A stretch of 34,914 nucleotides of DNA from Piedraia hortae CBS 480.64 (taxonomy: Eukaryota): positions 62,001 through 96,914 of the forward strand of contig MU006013.1 of assembly GCA_010093745.1 (NCBI GenBank), read 5' to 3'. The notes under the pieces are model-generated. The model worked only from the letters and a program-made list of their open reading frames with translations, ran no database searches and had not been told where the DNA came from. Positions within the stretch are counted from its first letter, which is position 1, and every line of letters starts with the position of its first letter. This document shows, piece by piece, positions 11,013-22,200 of the stretch. Position numbers and translations under genes: made by a program.

Positions 11013-13289
11013 TCAAACCCCCAACCCCCCTCCCAAATCCAAATCCAACCTGGGCGGGGGCTCCTCCCTCCCCCTCCCCTTCCCCCTCCCCTCCACAGGG
11101 TATCCCTCCCTAACACTCTTCGTCTCCCACCCATCTGGCACCGCCGCCGCCACATAAAGTCTGAGCGCATCATGTACCCCTCCATAAAACTTCTCTTTAC
11201 ACGTGCGGAGTGTGCCTCCCATGACTTTTTCAAACCCCGAAGTTTTGAGGTCGTTTCTGAGATTGTTCCTTTCTTCGATTGTGGGGAGGGATGCGATGAG
11301 GCCATTCAGGAGATCGAGGTGCGTGGTGAGGTAGGTTGTTGCGTCCCATTCTACGCCGCCGGTATACGGAGCGGCGGGGACCGGGGGGCGCTCTTTTGGG
11401 AAGTAATTTGCGGAGAATGGAGGGGGGGAGATGGTTGTAGTGAGACCTGCGGCTGCGCCGGTGGCTGGATCGAGGGATGAGCCTCCCGCTACACCTGCCG
11501 CTACACCGGTGGTTACGCTTGTGGCTCCACCCCCGTCAACACCCTCAGCAACCCCCCCCGCTCCCTCTGCGGCAGGATCAAGCGCCACCCGCGGCAGTGC
11601 GATGGTATTATGATGATGGAGAAAAATCCAAAACACCTCCTTCGTCACGTTTGTGACTTCTTGACACCAGCGTTTATACGGCCGGGGGACGTGCATTTTC
11701 ATCACAAAGTCGACTTTGTCCGGGTTTGTGGCGGGCAAGCTGAGGTATTTGAGGATGCGGTTTGCGCGGGCAGAGAGGATATCCGGGGATGATTTGACTG
11801 CGTTTTCGAGGAAGTTGACTGTTGGGTCTGGGTTAGTGGGGGTTCGCGATGGAGGGAGATAACACTTGCATAATACGTTGATGATAACAGCTCGTGTTGC
11901 GTATTCTGCTGGGCCTTTCTTCTCCTCGTCGAAGAGCATGGCTAGGAGGGCTGAGAAGATGTCGTCTGCGACGGTGTCGAGCTCGATCATGGCTCTTTCG
12001 GTAGTGCAGACGCCTTTAAGACAGCGTAGAGTTTCGTGGAGGAGACGATCTTCGTGCTCTTCGCGCCATTCGATGGCCATGATGCGGTGGAGAAGGGAGA
12101 TGATTTCGCTCATGCCGCCTAGGTCTATGAATGTGTCGACCCAGGTTACGGTCTCGTTGCGTAGGAGAAGACGCAGCTTGTGCACTCGGCCGACCTCTAT
12201 GGCGGTTGGGTCTTGGTGCAGTTTTAGATACGAGATGTAGTCAACTGGCGTCGTGTACTCACGGTGCATAGAGACCGGACGCCGTTGTTTCTTGATCGGC
12301 GAAGAGGTTTTTTCCTTGGAAAAGGTAAATGTCCTGCTGCGCGTACGACTTCGTTTACCAACAGGCTGTACGTCATCTTCATCGCCCGTGTCCTCAATAG
12401 CACAGCTATTGGCAGCGTCTCTGGCCTGATTTTTATTGATAAAGTCTTGTTTAATTTCCTTAGTCAGAGAACGCATCTTCTGGCGCTGTGCCTCAGGGAT
12501 GTTGCGTGCGTCCAAAACAGCCTCAAACGCAGCATCAACGTCCTTTGGCTCCGCTGGAGGTTCGTTCATTTTGCCTTGCAACGCAGCCACAGCCGCCATG
12601 ACTTTGCCTCCCGTACGGCCTCTGGTCAGTGTAAACTTGCTCTTACGCTTCTGTTCACGACTGCTGATGCTCGATGAGCCGTCGTCTCTCTTACCATCCT
12701 CCCTCATCTTAGCCCGCAGCTCCGCAATTTCATTCCCCGGCAAACACGCACTTTTGGGTCGTTTCTTAAGCATCGGCCTTAGCGTCGGCGGATCCATGGA
12801 TCCAAAATTCCGCTGTTGACCATCGGAGGGCGTGTACTTCCTCATCTCATTCGCCAAAACAGCATCCTGCGACCTCCTCGACTCCCAATCACTTCCCTCA
12901 GGCTGCGTATTCTCCTTCCCCTGCTCTTTGCTTGAAAAATCCTTAGACGAGCGATTGATCCGCGCAAACATGGCGCCGAGATTGGCCGAGGATTTGCTCT
13001 TTCTAGGAGCTTGCTGCTGCGGCAAACGTTTGCGGGGACTTTTGGTAGGTGATGGGGGCAGATCACGGGCGTTGTCGTGGAGTTCTCCTAGGACGTGGCT
13101 GGACATCATTGCAGCATGGGGATGGTCTGGTGGCAGGAGCGGCACGGATTTTGTGCGAGTCGCTGGCCTGGCTCCTTCTGGTGAAGATGGCCGTGACTTG
13201 GACGATACCAGAGAGCGTAGAATGTTTCCCCCGCGGGAGCTGGGATGGCGGCGGTGACGTCCACGGGGTGTTTTTTCGCTGGGATCCAT
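11013..13289 (-). CDS. Formin-type GTPase-binding/FH3 (Drf_GBD) domain protein, Rid1-like, with no FH1/FH2; probable intron 11819-11869
   Basis: GBD motifs FEAVLDARNIPEAQRQKMRSLT and LRLLLRNETVTWVDTFIDLGG...LLHETLRCLKGVCTT. Likely ATG at 13289 (context GCCACCATGG); stop at 11013-11015. Confidence 0.85.
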   Translation of the reverse strand: MDPSEKTPRGRHRRHPSSRGGNILRSLVSSKSRPSSPEGARPATRTKSVPLLPPDHPHAAMMSSHVLGELHDNARDLPPSPTKSPRKRLPQQQAPRKSKSSANLGAMFARINRSSKDFSSKEQGKENTQPEGSDWESRRSQDAVLANEMRKYTPSDGQQRNFGSMDPPTLRPMLKKRPKSACLPGNEIAELRAKMREDGKRDDGSSSISSREQKRKSKFTLTRGRTGGKVMAAVAALQGKMNEPPAEPKDVDAAFEAVLDARNIPEAQRQKMRSLTKEIKQDFINKNQARDAANSCAIEDTGDEDDVQPVGKRSRTRSRTFTFSKEKTSSPIKKQRRPVSMHREYTTPVDYISYLKLHQDPTAIEVGRVHKLRLLLRNETVTWVDTFIDLGGMSEIISLLHRIMAIEWREEHEDRLLHETLRCLKGVCTTERAMIELDTVADDIFSALLAMLFDEEKKGPAEYATRAVIINVLCKCYLPPSRTPTNPDPTVNFLENAVKSSPDILSARANRILKYLSLPATNPDKVDFVMKMHVPRPYKRWCQEVTNVTKEVFWIFLHHHNTIALPRVALDPAAEGAGGVAEGVDGGGATSVTTGVAAGVAGGSSLDPATGAAAGLTTTISPPPFSANYFPKERPPVPAAPYTGGVEWDATTYLTTHLDLLNGLIASLPTIEERNNLRNDLKTSGFEKVMGGTLRTCKEKFYGGVHDALRLYVAAAVPDGWETKSVREGYPVEGRGKGRGREEPPPRLDLDLGGGLGV

Positions 13290-13435
13290 GGTGGCAAGTG
13301 TGTTGTAGAGCAAGCAGCTGGATAGCGGATATCTGAGGATGACTTGTTGACACGCGCACCCGTTGGCCGGGCAACGGCTGTCATGTCGTCGTTAGGCCGG
13401 ATTGGGAATGGCCGCTATGACGTCTTACGCGACGC

Positions 13436-13444
13436 ATGACTCAT
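13436..13444. promoter_or_regulatory. Perfect Gcn4/Cpc1 (AP-1-type) consensus ATGACTCAT in a short divergent intergenic region
   Basis: Exact ATGACTCAT at 13436-13444, with a CRE-like TGACGTC ~20 bp to its left. Motif match only. Confidence 0.3.
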
Positions 13445-13526
13445 GGTGTTGTAGCAACAACTCGTTGCTGCTGATGTTGTCGCGTAGGGGTAGATAATAT
13501 TATGATGGACGCTCCCCACTTCAATA

Positions 13527-14036
13527 ATGTCGCAAGTAAGATTATACTCTGCACTGCAGGCCTCAAAGTTGCACTTACGGTCCAGTCTTGAGCGATTCCG
13601 GACCATCCGCGTGCGATTCAACGCCCACGAGATCAGCATTCATCCTCAATTCTTCTCCTCAAAGGCCCGTTTTATCCAAGCATATGAAGGGGTCGAAGCA
13701 GTTTTATTGGACATTGATAAGTTATTTTCCGAACGGATCTTGGAGGCCAGTACCACACGTCCTCCTGTCGAGTACTATGAACTCGGAAGCGAATTGGAGT
13801 TCATCTACTTCTTCTACGATTACCCTTCACTGGAGGCTAAAGAAAGGATAGCGGCTATCATGAGCAGAAACAAGCCGAGGATGATCAGTGAGTGGCAGAA
13901 CGTAATGGACGAAGACTTGACGACGATGGAAACACTGCTGATCGACGCCCGTGTTGACGAAGAGCTAATGTCTGACTTCACCCGGAGACTGACCTTTGAT
14001 ACGGGTGTTGACAATGACGTGGCAATGACGTACTGA
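13527..14036 (+). CDS. Hypothetical protein, 169 aa, probably helical
   Basis: ATG-initiated ORF with protein-like composition that fills the gap between two conserved genes without overlapping them. No family recognised. Confidence 0.55.
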   Translation: MSQVRLYSALQASKLHLRSSLERFRTIRVRFNAHEISIHPQFFSSKARFIQAYEGVEAVLLDIDKLFSERILEASTTRPPVEYYELGSELEFIYFFYDYPSLEAKERIAAIMSRNKPRMISEWQNVMDEDLTTMETLLIDARVDEELMSDFTRRLTFDTGVDNDVAMTY

Positions 14037-14106
14037 GACGATAGCGTGAGCATGAAAACTTTGCTCTGCCAAGCCCACCAAAACTAAAATAAAATGTACA
14101 AAGACG

Positions 14107-14387
14107 CTATTGACCAGGTGCAATAAGCATGCCCTTCTTGACTGCATCGTGATCCCACCCACCAGCCAGTGCCTCGCCGCCGCTCTTCTTTGCATTTTCA
14201 GCAATGCGAGCCTCTAATTCTGGGCGGAAGTGTCTGATAAGCCCCTGGATAGGCCAGGCAAAAGCCTCTCCCAGCGCGCATATAGTGTGACCCTCGACCT
14301 GCTTGGTCAGTTCCTGCATCATATCAATCTCTCTTGAGCGCGCGGTGCCGGCCTCGAAGCGCTTCATGATCTGATCCGTCCACTTGC

Positions 14388-14418
<31 letters not shown>

Positions 14419-15564
14419 CGACTCGTGATGGTAAAACTTCGCAAGGCGCGAGATGGCACGGACGATATCCGTCGACTCATCCATGACAATAACCGCCGCC
14501 GTTCCAAGTCCAGACTGCGAATCCTTGAGCGCATCAAAGTCCATCAACTGGTCCTCACAAAGCCGTTTAGGCAACATCGGCGTCGACGATCCACCGGGGA
14601 TAACAGCCTTAAGCCTGTCCCAACCCCCAATAACGCCTCCACAGTGTCGATCAATAAGCTCCCTCAGCGGAATCGACATCTCCTCCTCGACGGTGCAGGG
14701 GTTATTAACATGCCCCGAGATGCAAAACAGCTTCGTCCCACTGTTCCTTTCGCGACCAAACGAGCTAAACCACTTCGCCCCACGCCGAATAATCGTCGGC
14801 GCGACAGCAACAGTCTCCACATTCGTCACCGTGCTCGGACACCCAAACAAACCCACCGACGCCGGAAACGGCGGCTTCAACCTTGGCTTTCCTTGCTTCC
14901 CCTCCAACGACTCAATAAGCGACGTCTCCTCCCCACAAACATACGCACCCATACCCCTATGCACAAAAACATCAAAATCATACCCCGAGCCGCAGGCATT
15001 CTTCCCAATCAATCCAGCCTGATACGCCTCCTGAATCGCCCTCTGCAGCACAGCAGCCTCGTGATAAAACTCGCCCCGTATATAAATATACGCAGCCGTA
15101 CAGTTCATGGCGCGTCCCGCCACAAGACACCCCTCAATCAACTTATGCGGATCCTTACGCATAATTTCCCGATCCTTACACGTTCCCGGCTCGCCCTCAT
15201 CAGCGTTCACAACAACATACCTTGGCTTGGTATCTTTCTCCCAATCCTTGAAATTCATAAAACTCCATTTCATCCCAGAGGGGAAACCTGCTCCGCCTCG
15301 GCCCCGGAGGCCGGAGGATTTGATCTCGGAAATAAGCCAGTCGTGGCCTTTGAGGATGATTTCTTTGGTCTTGTACCAGTCGCCGTTTTTTTGGGCCGTT
15401 TTGAGATCCGCGCCGTGCCGGCCGTAGAGGTTGGTGAAGATCCGGTCTTGGTCGCGCAGGCCGCCGTGCCGGTGGACCGGCGGCGTTTCGAGGACGGTGG
15501 CCATGCTGCGCACGGTTTTGCCCGTCGCCGTGGGGCGCAGGGCGTTCTTCGGGAGGGCGAGCAT
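14107..15564 (-). CDS. nuo-51: Mitochondrial NADH:ubiquinone oxidoreductase 51-kDa flavoprotein subunit (NDUFV1/NuoF homolog)
   Basis: Motifs [33 protein letters not shown] and [18 protein letters not shown]; 4Fe-4S motif [12 protein letters not shown]...HTICALG; basic N-terminal presequence; single uninterrupted ORF. Confidence 0.98.
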
Positions 15565-16278
15565 GCTGGTTGGGTGGGCTTAGAGGTGCGGTGAGGTTGA
15601 GGCGGGTGCGTTCCGCGCACGGGCCACGGACCCGAAGTGCTGTCAACCGGGGATGGAGCGGGCAGTGAAGATGGTGCAACACACCTATGTACACTGAGTA
15701 CTAGATACAGCGAAACCCTCGTTATAGCGGTCTGTCTCCGTGCACTTGTAGACTTGATAGCGCAATCATCGTGACAGTTGTCATATCGAAGTATGACTGC
15801 AGCAGCCATGTACATCTACCTCTCCACCTTACAATCCCCTCTCTGCCACTGACACTCCTTGTTCAATCCAATTTCCCAAATGAAGACACCCGACGGAGTT
15901 ATTCTGTTGGGATAGACCACCATAAAAGCTATGGCATCGTTGAAAAACTCCGAATCCCGTACCCAACAAACCGAGTGATGCTGTCTCAATACTCTAGAAC
16001 TCGATGATAAATCCTCCTGCACGCACTTCGGGTTAGGGAGCTTCCATAGACAGGTAACCCACTCTCTAACTTTGACCTACTGATTCTTGGCAGATGTGTG
16101 GAGAATTGAAAGGTTTCACTGTGTAAGTAAGCTGATATCAGTAGATGCCTTTGCAGAAGAGTTAATAAACCTCATTGAAGAAATGTGACGTCTGAGCAGA
16201 ATGTATTGTGATTAACTCTGTAACTGCATACTCTCTGCTTGGCAAAACCGCAAAACTCTCCCCCAAATCCCACGGCTC

Positions 16279-19200
16279 CTACCCCCTCGCATTCTGCCAC
16301 TCATTAAACGCGTTCGCCGCAACAGCAACTTGCTTATAGAGCCAATTCCTCGCCTGTTCATCCCCAATGGGAATAAATGGCCCGTTCGTGCCACCATTCA
16401 AAATAATCCCCATCCCCGTCCTTTCTTTCGAAATCGTCCTAATGTCCTTCAACGGAACCTCCCACTCCGTCGAAAGCCTCTTCGCACGAACCAAGATAAT
16501 CAGGTTATACGTCACGAATACAATCATTGATGCTTCGGAACTTTTTCCCTTCTGGGGGGAGGCTTCGCTATTGAGTTCCAAATGGGCAATGTATTTTTCG
16601 TTAAAGTAGCGTCCGTTGTCGATTGTTTTGAGCCAGAATTGGCCGAGGGCTTCGCGTTGGGAGTAGGGACGTACGATGCCGCTGATGTCTATAAAGCGAG
16701 GCATGCGCACCCGGTCGAGACCTTCTTGGTCGAAGATTGCGGTCGTATTTTTGACGCCTTCGGCGAGGTTGGAGGCGAAATCAAAGGCGCCGATTGCGGG
16801 TTTAGTGGCGAAGCCTAGGAGGCCTTTTCCTACGCCTTTTACGAAGCCTGCGGCACCTTCTTTCTCTGCACCTTGCATGGGTGCGCGGGCGAGACCACCG
16901 ATTCCGCTTGCGAGACTTGATGCTAATGCGTTGCCGCCAGAGGTTATGCCATAGAGGGCGTGTTTGGGTCGGTTTCGTGCCTTGGACATGCGGCGCTTGT
17001 CTTGGAATTCCTTGTCCATGCTCGCTGCTGCCAGTCCTTTGCTTATGCTGCCTGTGAATTTGGAGACACTGTCTGAGAAGCCAAAGACAGATTTCTTAAC
17101 GAAACTGCTCGCACCCTTGGCGATACCAATGCCAAGGTCCTGTGGGCGGTCGGTTACCAGACCTTGATACGGTTCGTAGAATATATCTGCTACGCCGGAG
17201 CTGATGTTGTTGAACAGACCTATGGGATTGCCGAGGAAGTCGGCTGAGCCGATTACGATGTGCACTTGTCGTAAAGACTCCTGCACGTAATGGCTTTGGA
17301 TGCTGGATATTAAAGCGTTGACCGAGAGACGGGCGTTTTCGAGTATGAGGGCATTGTAGCGGATAGGAGCGTCGTTGACGTTGCCAATTGACATTGTCAA
17401 GACGTTGACGGCGAACATAAACGGATTGTTCGATGAACTCCCCGTATCCTCTGCGTTGATGCGTTCTGTGCGCACAAAGGACAAGTCAAACTGCATCGGC
17501 TGCAGATGTAAGAGCTCAAAGTAAATGTCCTGGCCCGACTGCTCTTGTTGCGGCTCTGGAATGTCAAGCTTCTCCGGAGCGAGTTGGCCCTCCTTTTGCT
17601 CCGTCCACGACGCGCCAGGGACCTTGGTAAAGTCCAACAGGGCAAAGATAAAGTCTTCGTCGATCTCAATCGTCATCTGCTGCAGCAAAAAGGTAAAGTA
17701 CTTGATGTAGAGCACGCCATACGAGTCGTCTTTGACTCGCGTAACCGATGAGCGAAAAATAGGATGAGCCTCCATTTCCTTGCCCGTCTTCGGCACCACA
17801 CTGGGATAGAAGATGAGCGGGAAGATGCCTCCGTAGAGCTGATTGTCAATCTGAATCCACTTGACAGTCAACGCTGCCGTTTGGTATAACGGCGAATCGG
17901 TGTATTTCAACTCAATGTCACGCAGCGTAATGTAGACCAAATCACGCAGCTGCGAATTGATCAGAGACACGCCAATACCGGCAAAGCGCAACGTAGCCCG
18001 CATCGACACATTGGTGTCCTGCTCCTTCATCTCAAAATCGTTTGCGCCCAACGTCTTCTGCTTAAAGTGGCTCTTACTGGGCTTGTAATTTGAGATGATG
18101 AGCGTCTGAGTGGGACCCTCGGCAACGACATTGAGATCAAGAATCTTTTGTCTCTGTGCAGACGCCTGCCCTCTTGGCGGACCGGAGATACGCCACGGAA
18201 TTTGCTGCCCAATCTCCGCCAGCTTTACGTGCCGCACCTTGTCATTTGTGCTGATGACGAGGTTCTTGTTCTTGCTCGCAGGATAGTCCCAGGCATAGGG
18301 CATGATACTGCGGGGCGGCAGGCGGTAGCGAAGTGGCTTCCACCCAGTTGAACGATCATCTTCATCCTCATCAACATTGGGATTAGCCTGCCAGAAGATA
18401 ATCTCCTCGGCGCTCTCGTTCCGCATGGAAAACGGCCAATGCTTCGTCTCTAGGCTGAGGTGAAGGAAGATTGTGGCCTGTTCTACGAGAATCTCGACAC
18501 GAATCAGCTTCTGACTCTGTCCGGCCTTAGCCACCTTGACGTGGACGCTGCCCAAGTTGGCCATGTCAAACGGCGACGACCACGAGCTGTTAGCCCCTGG
18601 GAGGCACAGGCACAGCTGCTGGCCTGTGGCGTGCTTGAGGAACCGCAGCGGGTGGAGTTCGCCTGGCTTCAGCGTGGCCGCGTCCGAAGAGCCCGGTTCA
18701 CGAATCATAATGTTTTGCCCAAGCTTGTTCTTGACGATAAATCGAGGAGTGATGGTGACGACTTTGGTCAGTTTGTACCTGCCCTCGCCCTCCATGACAT
18801 TTAGACCGGCATGCATCTGCTCCTTGCCCGATTGGGACAACAACTTGGCATCTGCATTGGCCCCAATGGCGTCAAACGAAAGCGGCTGACTCCAGGCCGA
18901 GTCGCCAAGCTTGATGAGCGCCCTGTTCTTGCGGTCATCCGTGGGGAACGAGAACATGAGCGGCTTCGCCTCCCTGACATTAGATTCATCATCAGAGAAA
19001 GCCATTTGACCAGCCGCGTTCCTGGTCCCTCCAAACGTAGCCTTGCTCTTGATCTCCAAGTCCAAACCAGTGCGATTCAGGACGACATACGGACTGTATA
19101 CGGTGATTCTGAACGCACCACCACTGTCCGGGATGGTATAGTAGTGGATGCCCAATCTTAGCGGGATGTTATGATTATCCTTGACCGTCAGAGTCTTCTC

Positions 19201-22200
19201 TCGACGGAAATCCGAATCATTGCTATTGATGATGGCAAAGTCGCTGGTCTGGAACTGGGTGCCCTGCATGTCAACACTAAGTAGCAGCAAGTGGCTCAGC
19301 TCGACTACATGCACCGGGCTCTCTCCGCCCTTGCGTAGGAAATTGGTCCAGTCCTTTTTGGACTGCTTGTCGTAGATGCGGTACTTGAAGTCGTACGGCA
19401 GCAAGTTTTGCACCACAACCGGCGCAGACAAGCGGATGCGCATATACGGATAGACACTAGTGAGCGGGTTCTTCTTGTCGTATACGGCTTGCATTTGGAA
19501 ATAGAACGGCGGACTTCCCTGCGGACCATGTTCCCCGGCGCAAGTTAGTGTTCGGACGGGACGCTTGAGGAGGTCCTTCCAGAACAGCCGCTCGTTGCTC
19601 CAGGTGTAGTGAAAGCCTGGATCAGGCCGGACGACAAGGCTGTGCATGAAAGCGGCCCCGACCGGAGCCGGGCGTGAATCGCCAGGGGCAATCTTCTCAA
19701 TCTTGAGCAAGTGACCCGCATCCGGGCTGTATACACCCATCTCAATGGGTATATGCGTGTTGTTTTCCACCACCAGAGGCGAGCGGAGGGTGATGTACTT
19801 GACATTGTCAGTGCCCAGAGTGACATCGACCATTAGACGATGCTGCACATTGTCCTTCTTGGGCCTTAGATTGTACAGCGTCTCAGCCTCACGGGTGACT
19901 TGGATCTGCTCGATGCTGTCGAAGCCACTTCCATCTAGACGCACACCAATGACTCCGCTCTGGCTTTCCGGAGACAATGTCTCACGCGTCCTGGTGGGAT
20001 CCTCGAACCGCCAGGGCTTTTCTTCACCGTCTTGCATCTTCTCTGCCTGTCCTTCACCGCTCCCTTCTCCACCCACTGACCACACGAATGCCTCAAAGCC
20101 AGTGTAGTTGCGGATGCGGTATGGGGCATCATTACCTCTGGGCTTGCTGAGTACATCCTCATCGCTCGACAAGTACTGGGTGCTCTTGCTGGCGAGGGCA
20201 ATTGTGGCAGATGTGATTGTCAACTCCAACGTCTTGCGAGAAAACAACTCAATCGAAAGCTTCTCCGCCTCCCTGGCCATGTGGAAGCCAAGGCTCCAGG
20301 GCTCAATCAGTGGCTCCCACGCTGACTTGGAGAAGTTGTACACGTTAAAGTACGTGTCAACAGTCGTATCAGCCGTCATGTTGTCAGTCCAATCACGCAC
20401 ATCAACGTCAAATTTGTGTACGGTCCAATCAAGCATCGGCAGCTCATGTCTGTCTCCAATGAGAACTACACGTACGCCGCCAACCTCGAGGTGCATCTCC
20501 TCCCGTTTAATAACTCCAGATGCCGGAGCCGGGCGATCTGGTTTCTGCACTTTCGACGACTTTCTGGTAGCCATAGTCCTGGTCTCTGGTCTATGAGACG
20601 TCTTTGCACTCTTGGCTCTTGTGCTCTGGCTGGACTTGGTAATCTTCTTGGGGGCTTCGTCTTCCAGTTGCTTGTTCTGCTGGCCCGACATTGCCGACGC
20701 CCGGTTGACAATCTGCATGGCAAGCAAGATGTCGCGCAACGACAACCGTAGAACTAGAGGCTCGATATCGACGTGGATGCTGGTCACGTCAGAATCTTTG
20801 CCTTGGGACTGCATGTCAAGAGACATTTGGACGCTGAAGTCATCCAATATCCGCAGTCTGGTCGTCTCAAACTTGTCCATCCGACAGAGAAACATGCCGA
20901 CCTTCTCGACCTGCAGTGTCATTGCGTTTTGCTGACTAAACAAGACCTGCTTCGTGCCCAGGACGATCGCCTCTGACTCCTTGATGGCCGGGTTAGCGAT
21001 GAGAACAGCCTGGGCATCTACAATATTGACCCGATACGCTATGCTCATGCCGCTCTCCTGCTTTTTCTCAGTTGCCACCTCCTCCTGGGAACGACTCCGT
21101 TGCTGAATGATCTTATGCGTGTCGACGCTTGATGCTTCTTGTTCCATCTCGCTCTGCGACTCTGGCTCGCTCTCCTCCTCGACAATCATTGGCTTATCCT
21201 GCGCGATGCCGGTGTTGACGAAGCTGAGCAATGCAAACAGATAGTCCAAGGCAACGATTACCCGCGGACTGTCTATGCTGAGTATGGCAACAAGCTGCTT
21301 GTTTTCCCCGCCAGAGATGCTGACAGAAGCCATAAACTGCTGCTTGACATCGGTGTTGATAAGCGACATGACCTTGCGGAACTCGGTCTTCTCATGCGCC
21401 CGTGTATCGTTGATGATAAACGATTGCACCAGGAACTCGCCTTCAACCGCCCCGTTGTCCAGCATGCGGAGCTTCACGCTGGTCTCGTTGAGGGAGAACT
21501 TGGACAGACTCGCTGCGTTCACGTCACCGATTGGCTGGTCCAGCTTGCCAGATACCAGCTCAAGGGAAACGGCCCCAACACGGAATACAAGATCCATCTT
21601 GGTCCAGTTCTGACCATCATTGCCCAGCTCAGGGCCGAGGTGAGAGGGAGCTGCATCTTTGATGATCATAGTCTCGCTCTTGGCCTCTTGGCGGACGTTC
21701 TCGGCTGGTCTGACGATGCTCTTAGGCAAGTCGTCCTTGGCCTCTTCCTCGGCATCTTCGCCAGACTCCAATGCAAATGCCTCGGGCAAGTTGCGAGACA
21801 GCTCCATGACGAATTTGAGCTGTGCCTCGGTGATGCGGATGTTGATGTTTGACATTGATCCCTCAACCTCAATGTCGGGTCGCTTGGCTCCCGGTTGGTG
21901 GTCCATCTGGAGAACATTGAACTCTATTCCCGCCTGGTCAATCAGGTCAAGTGACTCAGGCTTGTCATCTGCATAGTGGAATAGAGACGTCAGCCGCACC
22001 TTGCGAAGCCCGATGCTCATCTTATTGGCAATCGATGACGACTGTTGACTTTGTTCTAGCGGGACAAACTCATTCTTGGCATATATTTCACCCAGATACG
22101 CAGTCAGCGTGTCCCGCTGTGGGCTCTCGGCAACAACAATTTTGGGAAAGGCCACGATAGGCGTCTTGATCAGCACGTCAAAGTGCATCTTGCTAGCATT

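Noticed and set aside
10960..11110. C-rich tract (G-runs on the minus strand) suggesting a G-quadruplex or telomere-like repeat
   Set aside because: Explained by Gly/Arg codons at the 3' end of the GBD/FH3 gene and its UTR; no regular repeat unit.
14425..15594. 389-aa plus-strand ORF (and 14453..15022)
   Set aside because: Antisense shadow of the highly conserved nuo-51 CDS; no recognisable motifs.
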